Below are positions 39,421 through 52,681 of a DNA stretch of 64,000 nt, piece by piece. The DNA comes from Amphiscolops sp. MND2022 (Eukaryota). The position numbers and the translations under genes are program-made. A model generated the notes under the pieces. That model was not told the origin of the DNA. It saw nothing but the letters and a program-made list of their open reading frames with translations, and made no database searches. The stretch lies in the NCBI GenBank assembly GCA_964187785.1, contig OZ076413.1, forward strand, positions 46,376,001 through 46,440,000. Direction: 5' to 3'. How positions within the stretch are numbered: position 1 is the stretch's first letter; every line of letters begins with the position of its first letter.

Positions 39421-42400
39421 GTTCCTTGTCTGAATTAAGAGAAATGAATAATCACGGTTCACTTCCTGCAAATTCATCTTACAGCATGTAACAAAACTTC
39501 GGGAAGTAATTTTGAAAACGTTCACACATCATATGATGTTTTCACGATGTAGGAAGTAGATTAGTTAAACGATAGCGTTGATCAAGCTTGACTTTAACAC
39601 TTTAAAAGAACCAACCTGAAGTCACTTCCATGATGGAAGGTCTGAATTAGCACCTTGTACGTCTGCCTGATACTGGTACAGCAATTTGAGTAATCCCAGT
39701 CTTTAGAATATAAAAGTACAGTTCCTCTGACTCGTTATTGAGGTGGATCGCGAACACTGCTAACTTCTGTTGGTCAAGTAATCTTTCCAGAGCCAAAAAA
39801 GAGGAAAATTGGGGATGGTAATTGCTACTAATTGAATTGCTAATGGAAAAGAAGTAGTGTTGACGTAAAGTCAAGAAGATTTCAATGATTAGGAAATTAG
39901 TTGATAAATAAACCCAAGGTCAGAGAGAGAGAGTACTTGATTACACGAGTAAACCAGTACGGGTCGAGTGATACTACTTGAAGATCAAAAATAACTAGAA
40001 GGAGAGTGCAAAAAATCACCGAATCACAAATTGCAAACGTAGAAAATTTACGACAAATGCGCAAAACGACTGTTTAGGAAGGAAACTCTCCAACGAATAA
40101 AATTACTAATTTACTTAGTGACGCTACTGTGTACATTGCCAAACCGCATGTGCAACAATATGCTGATAACTATTCTCCTCGTGGTACCAATCAAATTGGA
40201 CGGAAAGTCCACTTGAACGCTATCAAATACATGTACTCGATCTCATTTACAACTGAACAAGTAATACATCTAACTTTGCACGACCGTCTTTGTGACGTCA
40301 TCAACACAACTCGACCTCTGGTACTCTTGACAGCATCAAATACGTTGGGAATTTAACCAGTGAATTTTGAAGCCTTTCCGACTGACTCACTCAATTCATC
40401 CCTTTTATTTACCAGTCGTACTGTTCTTAATAATGTAGAAGAGAGTCGTTGCTACATGAAAATTAACCTTAATTATGTTAGTTTTTCAAAGGAGCACCAA
40501 TTACTCATCAATTGATTCCCTGAAACAACAAGTATTGAACCTGCCAGTGACATATTTGTTAAAGGACTCCAAGTTTAAAGATTAATCTTGACCTTCATCG
40601 TCCATTTGGTTACCTCCTCTTATCGCAAAAACTTCATTTATCATCTTATATTCCGTTTCCTAGAAATTAACCAATTCATTATGATCGCCCATTTTACTTC
40701 CACTTCACTCATATCCATCCGCATTTAATTCAAATTTGTGAAAGCAACCTGATTGGTCAAACCAGCGAATGCAGTCGGCCATTTGATTGTAGTGCTAAGA
40801 TCATGCTCAAAGATGCGCAATCTGGCTGAATTACAGCCACTAAGCCCATAAATTCATCAAAGTCATCATTTGCTGTTCTGACCTAAGGTCATATTGATTG
40901 TATACAAATAACACATGTATTTTTAAGTTTTAGGTTACCAATGTTATGCTGCTAATTGATTTCCTACACTAGTGCAATCACAACTACTCGAGAACTAAAA
41001 CACGTTGTATAGCCATCAACATGAAGCATAACCATTCTAGGACTTTTCTCAGTGAGAAAAAAGAAACGTGACATTTTGTAAGAAACACTCAAGTCTATCC
41101 AGGTTGTCAAAACATACTCACAATACTATTATCAAAGTATGACGATACTATGATCATGATCACTCCATGATCATGATCATGCCAAATCTCACCATGGCGA
41201 CCATGTTTCATAGTATGAACATTGAAAGAGGAGTATGAAAACCATGTTTCAAGAAAAAAAGTGTATCAAGAATGTCGGACATGGCAGTCACATATGCATA
41301 TCGTTCACAGAAATTGTTTTCCGAAATCCTTTTGCTATATTTTTAGGGCGGCACTCAGCTCATGGGATTCATAGTATTGCACTCGACGAGACCCACGACA
41401 AGAAAGTTTCCTCCTTCGGGTCACAGAAATGAAAATAAAAGGAAAATCAGCTAAACTGCGTGAAATTAATGAAAGCAATTCAGATCTCTATTGAGATATA
41501 CTAGAATCGATGGATGATTGTGATTGTATTAAGACCAACGAACTAGTTTTTTATTTGACAGATTAGCAAGAATATTCCCAAAAAACTCTGAGTAAAACAC
41601 CTAAAACGAGCAAAAAATTGCGGACATCAAAGTATTTTGATCTATTTAGGAAAACAAGTCAGATTTGTATACAGAAACACGAGAATCGATGAATAATGAA
41701 TATAATGAGTCCGTAGTAACTAGTTTTTGGATTAGTAAATTGCCAAAATACTTTAAAAACGATACAACAGCAACATGAAATCAGCACAATTTTGCGGAAA
41801 TCATAGAATTTAGATCTATACATTGTTTTATTTTACACTTTTATCTATGTATGTGGTGAAATAGTTGGGGCGGCAAGAAATAATGTGCAAGTGTTCCTCT
41901 TTCAATTCATTTGGCACATTACACAGGAGCTTCGAGGAAACTGAACGGGGCCAGTCCCGTGGTGCCGTCGGTTTTGGTGGCGACGACCCATCCTTTTGCT
42001 TCGTAAGCTTTGTAAGCCATTTTTTCTCCAACTTCGAACGATACCTGGAAGGGAAGGCGAATTCACTAGATTTTTTCCTTCATCAGATCAAAAACGCGTC
42101 AGCAGAACTTTAAAACTCTTTCGGCGAACTCTCACCAGGCCTGGAAAAATTTCAGAGCTACTTTTTGTGCCAAAAAAGTTTGAAATTTTAGTTGACACAC
42201 TTGAAACATATTAAGTTAATACAGGAAAGAATTTTCAATCATTCATGGCCACAGACGTCAAAAATCAAAGGGACTAGTTTGCTTGAAGGTCGAACAAGCG
42301 AAACTTTTGCAGTATTATGTTGTATTCTAATACTTGTTTATCAAGTTTCACAGGTGCAAATTGGCCAACAATACTTTCTTGATCAACCGCTTCTAAAACA

Positions 42401-42559
42401 CAAAATATTAACTATGAGACAGAGCAATCTAACAAAGTTTATCAACAAAGTTCGGTAGCCTAATGTCCGAAATTCAGTAAAAGTCAGGTCGATATGAACC
42501 GTAGAAAAATATCAACAACAAATTAAAAAGTTCTGTCACAACCAAGGTCAAAGTTGGTC

Positions 42560-43680
42560 AATCGGGGACGACAATAAACGGAATAAACGATTGGATTGGT
42601 TGGACCACATCGAATGAAAACGATGCAGCATCTGCCGAGAAGTGTTTGAGTGAGAAAGTCAAAAGATCAACATTAAAACCTTGCTCAACAAGAAACACGA
42701 GAGGGCTTAGGGTTTCCCCGGAACGAGAGTAGCCCCTGCAAACCAAATAGCGACTAGAGTTTTGAAATTGGACAACAGGAGCCTCCAATACAGACATGAA
42801 CTATATTTGCTTCACAATTTACAAAAATTGCGACAGACAACAGCGCACGTTGCACGTTGAGAAGCTTCCACAAAGCATAGAAGTACATTAGTGTTGCCCT
42901 GAAAAATTTCAAAATAGATGAAATGGCGAACTTCGGAAGTTGCAAAAAAGGGAACCTGTTGATCCACATCCTCCGAGTACCTCGAAGGCGATGTCAAGCC
43001 GCAACACATCACAACAAACCAAAGAACAAGGGAGGAAAGATGAGTCTGATTAAAATGACGATGACGATGACGACGACAAGGAAGAAAAGTCAGACGATGA
43101 CGCTTCGCTCCAAGCAAATGAAGCTTCCTGTAATTCGGAGGAAGAATCAGAACAGAGCAGGCCCAAGAGAAAGAAGGGGACAACTGCTGCAAGACAAAAT
43201 GACCCACCAGCACGACAATTGCCGAAAGATCAAGAAAAGGCATTGGGTAAAGAATTTCGAAAAGAAAAGATGAAAGTGCGTCTACCCGGTGAAGATGTCC
43301 GTTTGGAGGCAATGAATGCATATTCTTACTATCCGAACAAATGAAGAGGAATTCAAGACCTCAATCGACTCAAATTTCCACAATTGGATAGCCAAAACGA
43401 CTTGGAAGAAGCCACTGGGAACTTTTCCTGTTTTCACGAGCAATTTGCTGAACTACCCAGGTTTTCGAACTCTGCAAATCTGTGCAGATCAGCAGGATTT
43501 TTGCTGCAGGGTTCTGCAAAGATCGTTGCACTGAATCTCAAATTGAAGATCCATACAGATCTGCAGGATCTTTACAGAAGTGTGCAGAGTTCCTTTGAAG
43601 ATTCTGCGGAAATATGTTTATCTGCAGCTTCTAAGGAACCAATATACTGCATTTTAGACTTGTTTAACTACTTTATCAAC
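42560..43680 (+). pseudogene. Decayed coding-like segment with an acidic tract
   Basis: One frame reads DDDDDDDKEEKSDDD..SEEESEQSRPKRKK, with a CSIC motif upstream. No family assigned. Confidence 0.2.
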
Positions 43681-44338
43681 TAGTTTAGCTGACCAAGGAT
43701 CAGTCAGTTGATACTCTCGATCACTCAAAATTCTCGAGAAAACAAAATTGTCCCCATCACGATAATTTTCGTGACTGGAGAATGCGCCGTATTGGTTAAA
43801 CACCGTGCTTTATCCATTTCACTTGAACTTTCCAAGTGGTTGTTGTACTGACCTACATTAAAAACCAATAGTATTTAGATGTTTATAGAATGTTCTAGAA
43901 TGTACATTTATTTAATATTGAATAACTGTAAAACTCCACTCCTTCAGAGAAAGAAAACTAATAATCAGTGTTTAGTCGATTTCCTTTTTACTCCTCTTTT
44001 CAGACCTCCGAGCTATAAAAGAGCCAGCTAGCTAGCCTTCGTCTAATAACTTAGCTCTGTAACATCTAGAGAAAGACCACCACCACTGAAAATAAAAGAC
44101 TCTTTGAAGCAGCACAATTTGGTAAAAATTCCTTCTTTTCTCCGCTGAATGCTTTCTCTTCTCTCATCAATACAACACCTACCACTCCTTCTCTTTGAAT
44201 TTTTTTTGGATTGCAGTGAATTTTTTGTAAATTTCCTAGAAAATCTAGTCTGTGACTTTCTGAATTTCTTCAATAAATACATCATTGTTAGACAAAAAAA
44301 AGTTCTTCATCTGAAATATATCAAAATTTTCTCCAATT

Positions 44339-44568
44339 CCGGTTTATCACGTTTTTCTATAAACGTTGACACGGTTTTTCTTGCCTTGCCGGTTTATCAC
44401 ATTTTCTAACACGTTGACACGGTACATTTTCAGACTGATTTATCAACAGTGACACAATTCTGCTCTTCTTTTCAGACTGATTTATCCACCGTGACACAGT
44501 TCTGCTCTTCTTTCCAGACTGATTTATCCACAGGGACACAGTTCTGTTCTCCATACTGATTTATCACA
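44339..44568. repeat. Short tandem arrays: 2 x 49 bp and 3 x 42 bp sharing a tttatc(c)ac..gacac core
   Basis: 49-bp units at 44339 and 44388; 42-bp units at 44431, 44473 and 44515. Confidence 0.85.
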
Positions 44569-45372
44569 GCAATCCGGAAGCTTGTTGAAACAGTTTTGTC
44601 TGGTTTATCAAGGTTTTCTAACACCTTTGACACAGCAATAAATTCTTCAATCCTGCTATCTTGAACGTCAGGTGGACTCCTGGTGTAATAGGTGACTGAG
44701 TGCATGCTAGACTCATCTCACCTATAAGCACATACGTTTCAAGATCAAGTTCGTGTTGGCAGAAAACCTGGATTTTCTATTTTTTCGTTTTGGATCCACT
44801 TTCTGATGAAACACTTCAAAATTTACATTCTGAATTAGAATCAGAAATCCATAAAAAGCAACCAAGTCTCTCGCTACCATTCTTCTGTCGACAAAAATCC
44901 CAATATACTCAATAATTTTAAAGTATCCTCACAAAACATTTAATTTTAACAAAGCTACACATAAAATTTTAACACAACTCTTTTGCCCTAAAATCTAAAA
45001 CAGGACACCCAAATAAAAAACACACTGTAAAGTTAGTTTTATACTTTCAGGCACCCACAATTCCTATTCCCTCCCGTAAGACTTAGACAATCAGACCCAC
45101 CTAGTTTTAACTTGCGTAGTCTGATTCTAAGGCTGACTAAACACCTTAGTTATGTTTAAACGTCATTAGGGAGAATCTAGAGGACACCGAACTACGTTCG
45201 AATCTTCGAAATTCTCAAGAAGTAAAAGTAAAAGTCAAACACACAAAAGATCAAACTTTGGTCTTGATCAGTATTGATCCGACGTTGGATAGTGGACGTT
45301 GATTGTTCAGAGTTCCGCTCCTTTAGTCTTAAAACAAACAACCCACCTAAAATTAAAATTCTCTTAGCTTTT

Positions 45373-45500
45373 CTGGACGTGTCAGTAACCTTATGTTAGA
45401 CACCTTAATTAAAGTCCAACTCTAAAATACAACTCTTACTGGATGTGTCAGTGGCCTTATGTCAGACACTTTAATTCAATCCAGACTTAAACCACAACTC
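45373..45500 (+). repeat. Degenerate 66-bp tandem duplication, each unit with a gtgtc...gacac stem
   Basis: Units start at 45373 and 45439. Confidence 0.7.
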
Positions 45501-46066
45501 AGATTCTGTTAGCTATCCATTGAGGTTGAATACAAATTCTATTGCATCCGCTTCTTTCTTCTCTATCCCTAACAATACCAAAACAATACCAACACTTCAG
45601 ACAATTTCATATTTCTTTCATTTTATAATAATATATGAGCTCAAACACACATAACCAAACTTCCGACATATCACCTCTCTCTACTACTTCACTACCTGTT
45701 CCTATACATCTAGTTCTACATCAACTCAGTCAATACGCACAATTCTTTTTCTATCTTTTAGACCAACAACGAAATCACCCAAGATCACCAACTTAATTTC
45801 TAACAAAAACATAACTTCATACATATTAACACAAAATAGAATATACTAATGAATACCTTTGACCACTACCATTTACACAATAGGAACAATCAATGTTGCA
45901 ACTAGTGTTATAATTATAATAAACTCTCACTATTGAATCTAGACAATCTATAATGTGGGAAAAAGTTACCACAAAAACACTTATCACAACTTACACATTT
46001 TCTATTTTATTCTTATTTTGTATCCTGTTGGAAAAGATACTTACAACAATAAGAAGTAATCTCTAA

Positions 46067-49000
46067 CATGAACTCCTCAATACCTTCCCCTTCACCTTTT
46101 GAGATACCTTATATTAAAAATGCAAAAGTAGTAAAAACTGAAATAAGCATTTTTAAATAACATTGTTTACAATTATTCTCAACCACTTTCATGTGAAAAT
46201 GACCCCACAGACTTGAAACAATTCCTCTTATTAGAGAACATCTGGATACATACCTCTTCTATATTAGACATAGATCTACAACTGTCTCTACGGAATATCC
46301 ATCTTTCCAAATTACTTTTCCGCAACAAGAAACCTCGTCTATTCAAACATATAGAAGAACGATAAACCCAATTATTCTCCAAATTCCTGTTAAAGAAGTT
46401 TTCTATGCTTTTCTAAAGAGAGTAAAAGAATACAACTTAGCACTTGAAAACCCAAAATATAGCCCAAATGCACTTGAAGAACTTGAACAATATATACACA
46501 AGTTTGAGGTGGAAGATATAAAAGAATAAGTATAACTCAAAATAATCCTCCTCATTGGTTACAAGCAGATATACTACGAATACACAATTTCCTATATCAT
46601 TATTTCAAAGATATAACATTAAACGAACAAACAATACCTCAAACTAAAGTGATAACCTTATTTCTTAGAAAATGTTTCAAATTTAATTATCAACTATTAT
46701 GGTCAAAACACGATCAACGTGCTTTCGCAGCATTTCATAATCATTTTACAGCTGACGAATGTTTACCGTTCATCATAGATAAACAAAATGAACAGCCTTA
46801 CTTTTTCAAACTAGATAAAATAAAACAACAAACCGTGGATTTCTTATCTTTTGATCCTCGTTTAATCACAGAAAACAATTTTCATGATGATAATAGACCT
46901 TATCGTTTCGAACAGAATATACAAGAACAACTAAACCTAATTACCAACAATGACAATAACAATGAAGAAGACGACAATAACAAGGAAGAATACATATTTG
47001 AAAACCAAAATGAAATTCGCAATGAAGATATCGTACCCCACATAAATGAAAGCAATGCAAGTGAGTATACCACTCCAGAACCTACAACTTCAGCACAAAA
47101 TGCATCACAAACTGAGACATCAACAACCTCTCATTTTGTTAGAATTCCAACTAGGGTTGTTAGTCCAAGACAAAATACACATGATCCACAATCATACTTA
47201 GACACATCTCCACATCGTAATTTCTCCTTTGATCTTCCAACTCACCCAGATGAAGTAGTACAAGATGAAACTAAAAATATAACTTCTACCCGTGATACTT
47301 CTGTTAATGTTTTATCACCTACACAGATTATTTCTAAAAATACACGAAATACAACTCGATCTATATATGATCCTCCATCAATTCCTTCTGTTTTTCAGCA
47401 GTCGAATAAAACAATTCAATCAGAAAATAATCGTAATAGTAACCAACAAACTTCTAGTTAACACTATGATCCATTTAGATATTCCATCTTTCCAACATCT
47501 AATACAAATATTCAAACAAACAATACTCAAAATGTTTATCAACCTAAAATTACTAATTTAATGACACAACACCCATAGGAAACATTTATTACAAACAAAT
47601 TCCTCACAAAGTAATTTTGCTTTACAAAATCAAAGAACATCTTATTCAAACACTGTACAACCTCCTCAAAGAAGATCCCAAAATCCTCCACTTTAGCATA
47701 TATCTACTGACCCTCTATATCAAATGAATCAACATTTAACTTACAACCCTACTACAATTTCACCACCCGTAAACATGATACAACATGTAGTTCCCCCACC
47801 TCAGTATACGCCAATACAACAAGATAACATCATAAATACTTCAGCTTCAATACCAGAACCTATGAAACCTTTGGAGGGTTTACACCCCAGAAGATTATTT
47901 ACAGCAAGTTTAAGCAAGACTGACCTTTCCATAGGTGAAGAACCTCAAAATATTCCTATAAAATATAGGTCAGTGCATAATAGACGCATGGCTTATATAC
48001 AATGTTCTTTAATTGAAACAGCTCTTGATTGGTACACTAATCTCCATATATAATATACACAACAATGGACTTCATTTGTACAACTGTTTAAAAAACAATT
48101 TTCATCTAAAAAACAGCCTATTACGCACAAGTAGAAGCTATGTCACTCATGAAAAAAGATAATGAAACAGTACGCCATTTTGCTCTTAGAGTACAAAAAT
48201 TAGTTAAAAAGGGATGGTGCAATGAAAGTACATCTACCATAAATCTCAAAAACAATGAAATTTTCACAAAAGGATTACCTAAAAGACTTAGCGCACAAAA
48301 GACAAGTTAAACATGTATCAAGAGTACTTGAACCATCAATACCATTTCACACACTCGTTCGACATGTTGATTCTGAGGACATCGCTAATGAAAAAATAAG
48401 AACAAATGACCTAGCTTTAGAAATAAACAAAGTTTCAATTGAAGATGATACTAACAACGAAGAATCCGAAAATGACCATATAATGGTTACTCAATCTGGA
48501 GGCCCGAATAACAAAAGCAAACCAGCCTACAAAAAATATTGTTGTTATTGTCATAAAAACAATCATCGTATTTCAAATTGTTATCAGAAACAAAGCGAGG
48601 AAGAGTATCAAAGATAAAAAAATCAGAGATCAAGAACTCCTCAACAATCCTTTGTACAATACTTCCGTAGTAAACCCAGTAATTCACAAGAATATCGAAA
48701 TGAAAATAAAACTGATTATTCTTCTAGAGATAACGACCGTAAAAGATATAATCAAAACAACTACTCCTACTACAATGACCAATATAGAAATAACGACAGA
48801 TACCGAAGCAACAGTAGAGATTATTCACAAAATACTTATCGATCTAATTCTCGACAAAGATATTCCGATAGATCTCAAAACCCATACCCATCTAGATCCC
48901 GATATGACTATCATTATCAAAGAAGAACTCCATCCAGATCTCCATATAGATCAACCTATAGAAACAACTCCAATTATAGATATAATTCACGATCAAGATA

Positions 49001-49250
49001 TAGATCTCATCTCTATCACAAGGAAACTCTTTTAGACGATACAATTACCCGTATATATCTCCATCTAGACCAAAAGATTACAGATCACGATCTAGAACAC
49101 CCTCACAAAACAGACAACAAAATAGAATAAATCAAGTAGATGTTAAATCTACCAACGACAAAGATAGTACTGAATTTGAAATTCATACATGCCAAATAAC
49201 TGAAATTGCAAATACAATTACTCCTTATAGTTGGTTTCATCCACTATATG
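46067..49250 (+). pseudogene. gag: gag relic of the outer gypsy
   Basis: N/Q/T-rich fragments, LIETALDWYTNL, knuckle YCCYCHKNNHRISNC (48538-48580), and an R/S-rich tail. Confidence 0.7.
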
Positions 49251-50329
49251 TACATGCTTCTGAAGGAAAAGACAACATATTACCTTCAAAATTAAAAATC
49301 CTATTCCTCCTATTAAATTAGAAATCCTATTAAATATAATATTCTTGGAACACCTTTCTTCAAGAAAATTATTCAAAATATAGACTTCCAACAAAATATT
49401 ATGACATACAAAGAACAACATCCAAAACTCCCTACATAACACTTTTCTCAACATTTACAGAAAAGGATTACCCATATATCTCATACATTTATACTATTAA
49501 ATGTAAAGAGCCAATTCACTTCAAACCAAGATCAGGAAAGACTTTACACTTCCCAACCAAAAAAATTATCTTAACATGCACTTTGAACTGGAAGATAAAA
49601 CGAAATTTTATCCATCAATTCCATATACATACTTCTTACAAAAATTTAAATATATTTTTCACTTCTTAGACATGATAGTCAACGACAAAAACAAAGACTC
49701 CTGCTCAACAGTAATTCGAAATTTTTTATCTCACCCAGCTACACTACCACGAGGAATTATTGGATATATAGAGATCCCTATTATTCAAACAACACCTCTC
49801 CATTTTAGAATTCATGCTGTAAACTCGCTTATTCATTCAGTAATACATGCCTTTCTTCCTGATACTACCATTCCAATTGACAAAATGACTACACATATAT
49901 GAATTTATGTACTCGAGTAATCCCACAGTCCTTATTAGAAATCAACAAAATAGAAATAAATGATAAAACACTTCAATTACCCATACCTTCTGTCACAGGA
50001 AATCTTCGACCCTCAGATAAAAATAGAAAAGATTTTCCTTCACTACCATATACTGCAGAAAATCAACAATTTATAAAAAAAGTTCAACTTTGAATATTTA
50101 GATTTGACTGATACTGTAAATATGAATATGTAAACCTCTGCAATGTTCTTTTCATCAATCAAAATTGTTACGCTAAACATCGAAATGACGTAGTAAAAAT
50201 TTCTACTCCATCCAGAATTAGAATTAGAGAAAATTGTAAACTTCAAACACAAAGACCCTCTAAAGTACCAATTCATTACAGAGATAGACTAAACAAACTC
50301 TTAATAGAACTTAAAAAATAAAACATATT

Positions 50330-50527
50330 AAAACAAATTGCTCCACGCCAGATGAAAAACACACTATTGGAACAACATTTTTAAACCCTTCAATCATTAT
50401 CCCCAAAGGAGACGCAATAAAAGTTGTTTTAGATGCTAGACATTTAAACTCAAACACTAATCAAGAACTTGAATCTTAGCCCATTGAAAGTTTATCCCCT
50501 CAATTAGCTAGAGCTAACAAAAAATAC
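50330..50527 (+). pseudogene. pol: Outer gypsy RT, left part
   Basis: PKGDAIKVVLDARHLNSNT...QLARANKKY, ending at the insertion point. Confidence 0.85.
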
Positions 50528-51249
50528 TATAGCGAACCAGGCACTGCCATAGGCGGAGAGAGATGGCGAAAGGCAGATGCTTGGAAAGTAAATTATTAAA
50601 ACAACTTGCAACGCAACAATAACTTGTATCTTTATTATTTATCGCTCTTGAGAGTTCTTGAGAGTGCTCGAGAGAGCAATATAATGATTTCAAATATTTA
50701 ATCCCCTCTCTGCCGCTCAGCCGCAGCACTCCATTTCTACAATGTTTACATTATTAAGTAACTTGAGGCGCTTTTTAATTTCATTTATAAAAGAGTTGGA
50801 GACGAATTTCTTCTTATTCTTTACTATCGCGAATGCTTTCCCCACATTCCCCTCGTGTGCAATAAAATTATTAAACGTTAAAACGTGAAAACGAGTTTCT
50901 GTTGCAGATGCTTTCCCCACATTCCCCTCGTGTGCAATAAATAATTAAACGTTAAAAATTGAAAACGAGTTTGAGAAAAAGATTCGAACATTAGCAAACT
51001 CAACCGCTGAAATGTAAGTTGCTTCCCATACTAGTAATTTTATCTTGAAATTTTATCTTATCTGTTCACTAAATGAAGATAACTTAACTAAATTTTCTTG
51101 TCATAAATTAACTTTTCCTATTTCTAAAATTCTTTTCGTAGAAATCTTATAGAGATAACCCAATCATCAAAACACCAGCAATCGCCCTGCGCATTCGAGC
51201 TATAGTAACATTAATAGCAATATTGAACTAGGAAAAAGCGATTGTTAAA
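50528..51249 (+). repeat. 5' LTR
   Basis: Starts TATAGCG, ends GTTAAA. Contains a TATA (tttataaaag, ~50805), an internal ~90-bp duplication with AATAAA, and a candidate splice donor GTAAGT at 51014. Confidence 0.95.
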
Positions 51250-51250
51250 T

Positions 51251-51268
51251 TGGTGACAAGGGTGGGAT
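51251..51268 (+). promoter_or_regulatory. Primer-binding site, tRNA-Leu-like
   Basis: TGGTGACAAGGGTGGGAT, 1 nt after the LTR. Its complement ATCCCACCCTTGTCA-CCA fits the ATCCCAC...A-CCA end typical of tRNA-Leu. Confidence 0.7.
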
Positions 51269-51947
51269 ACCTCTATAAACAGTAAATTTTAATATTTTTT
51301 CAAGACTATTGTCAACCCCGTATTGTCCGGCCCTGACCAAACCTCCCAAAGTAAAGCCTAGCCTGCCTTGGCAGTGTACAACAGGAATTAGATCCTAGTA
51401 GGCCTTTTAAACTCGCCTCCACGGCTGATTAGAAAAGGAACCTTTCCCTTTGTTAATTTCACGTTTCTCACGAAACCTAATGGTTAGTAGCGTGTAAAAC
51501 AAACGGTCCAGTAGTAATTTGTTTCTCCATCAACCTGAATTAAATTAGTGAGAGAATTGAAGCGGATTTAAACTGTTTTCAAGTTTTTTTTATCCCGGTA
51601 AAATTAAATGTTCCATTGGACCTAAGCACTGAGAAAGCCAGTCTCAATATAGTGCTCCTCACCAGATGCAGCTTCTATGAAACAGGAAGGTCATAGTGCC
51701 CAGTATAAGAATCCAAATTAGCTTAAGGGGCGCTGGTGAGGGAAGGCTGCGCAGTCTGTTATCAGGCTAGCGTTACTAGCTGAAGACAGGTTCCAAGGAA
51801 CTTATAGGAGTCCTTACCGGGCGTGAAAATTTCGATGGAGAAACAATGAACTAGTAAACCGTATTAACTCTTCTTCCTAAATCAAATCTTTTCCAAACTT
51901 TGAGCGTCTAAATAACGTGTTTCCTATTATTTTCACTTACATCATCA

Positions 51948-52217
51948 ATGCCTTGCTCACACGTTCAAAACACTCAGTTACCACTATATGTAATACCCCA
52001 GCAAAACTACCGACCCCCTAGTCCACCACCGTCGTACGATCATGATAGAGAGACTACTGTTTTTTCGCCGTGTGTCATGTTTTTATTAGTTTTTGTTAAT
52101 GCCCTAGCACTTGTCATAGTAGTTGTAGCGATTTGTGGACTCTCCTTTGAAATCAGCAAAGAGAACATAACTTGCCGTAGGGCCGAAGCCCTAACTGTTG
52201 ACTATCACCAGAGCTAA
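51948..52217 (+). CDS. Accessory sORF1: 89-aa single-pass membrane protein with LPLY and PPSY motifs
   Basis: ATG start; LPxY at aa 11-14, PPxY at aa 27-30, hydrophobic helix at aa ~42-65, sequon NIT at aa 73-75. Confidence 0.65.
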   Translation: MPCSHVQNTQLPLYVIPQQNYRPPSPPPSYDHDRETTVFSPCVMFLLVFVNALALVIVVVAICGLSFEISKENITCRRAEALTVDYHQS

Positions 52218-52225
52218 AATTTAAT

Positions 52226-52633
52226 TTGTGTTTTTCGATGTATTCTTTTAGTATCCCGGTTTCGATTCTCACTAACGTACCGTCAGAGAACCTCATAATA
52301 CCTTGTTATTTTTGCCAAGCAAAACTTTTCAAAATCCCTTTCTCGCATCGACCAGAAGGACGTTTCACCGCGCACCAACTAACTTTTCACATACAGCTAG
52401 AGGCGGTTCATTATTGGCAGCATAAAAACACTTACGAAAAGTCTCCTTACAGTCCTCTGGACCACGCGACAAGTGTAAAGGCATCAAGTGCCTCCTTTTT
52501 CCCGCATTTAGCTCAAAGTTGGTATTCACAGATTGAATTCATTGCCTCCCATGTCTCTGATTCCTCCCTGTTGAGATTTCATGACTGCCAAATGCCAAAT
52601 TTATTTTATAGTACTCCTATGCTCCGCCGCTAA
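52226..52633 (+). CDS. Accessory sORF2, up to 135 aa, unknown function
   Basis: Open frame filling the gap between sORF1 and gag, with a CYFC motif and several His residues. Start codon uncertain. Confidence 0.4.
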   Translation: MCFSMYSFSIPVSILTNVPSENLIIPCYFCQAKLFKIPFSHRPEGRFTAHQLTFHIQLEAVHYWQHKNTYEKSPYSPLDHATSVKASSASFFPHLAQSWYSQIEFIASHVSDSSLLRFHDCQMPNLFYSTPMLRR

Positions 52634-52681
52634 AACATTTGAACCTACAGACTCCGAAATTTCGTAACCGTTTGAATTAAA

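Noticed and set aside
43750-44064. Candidate 5' LTR of the outer gypsy (TATA, ends TGTAACA)
   Set aside because: No PBS follows it, and the partner LTR would lie outside the window.
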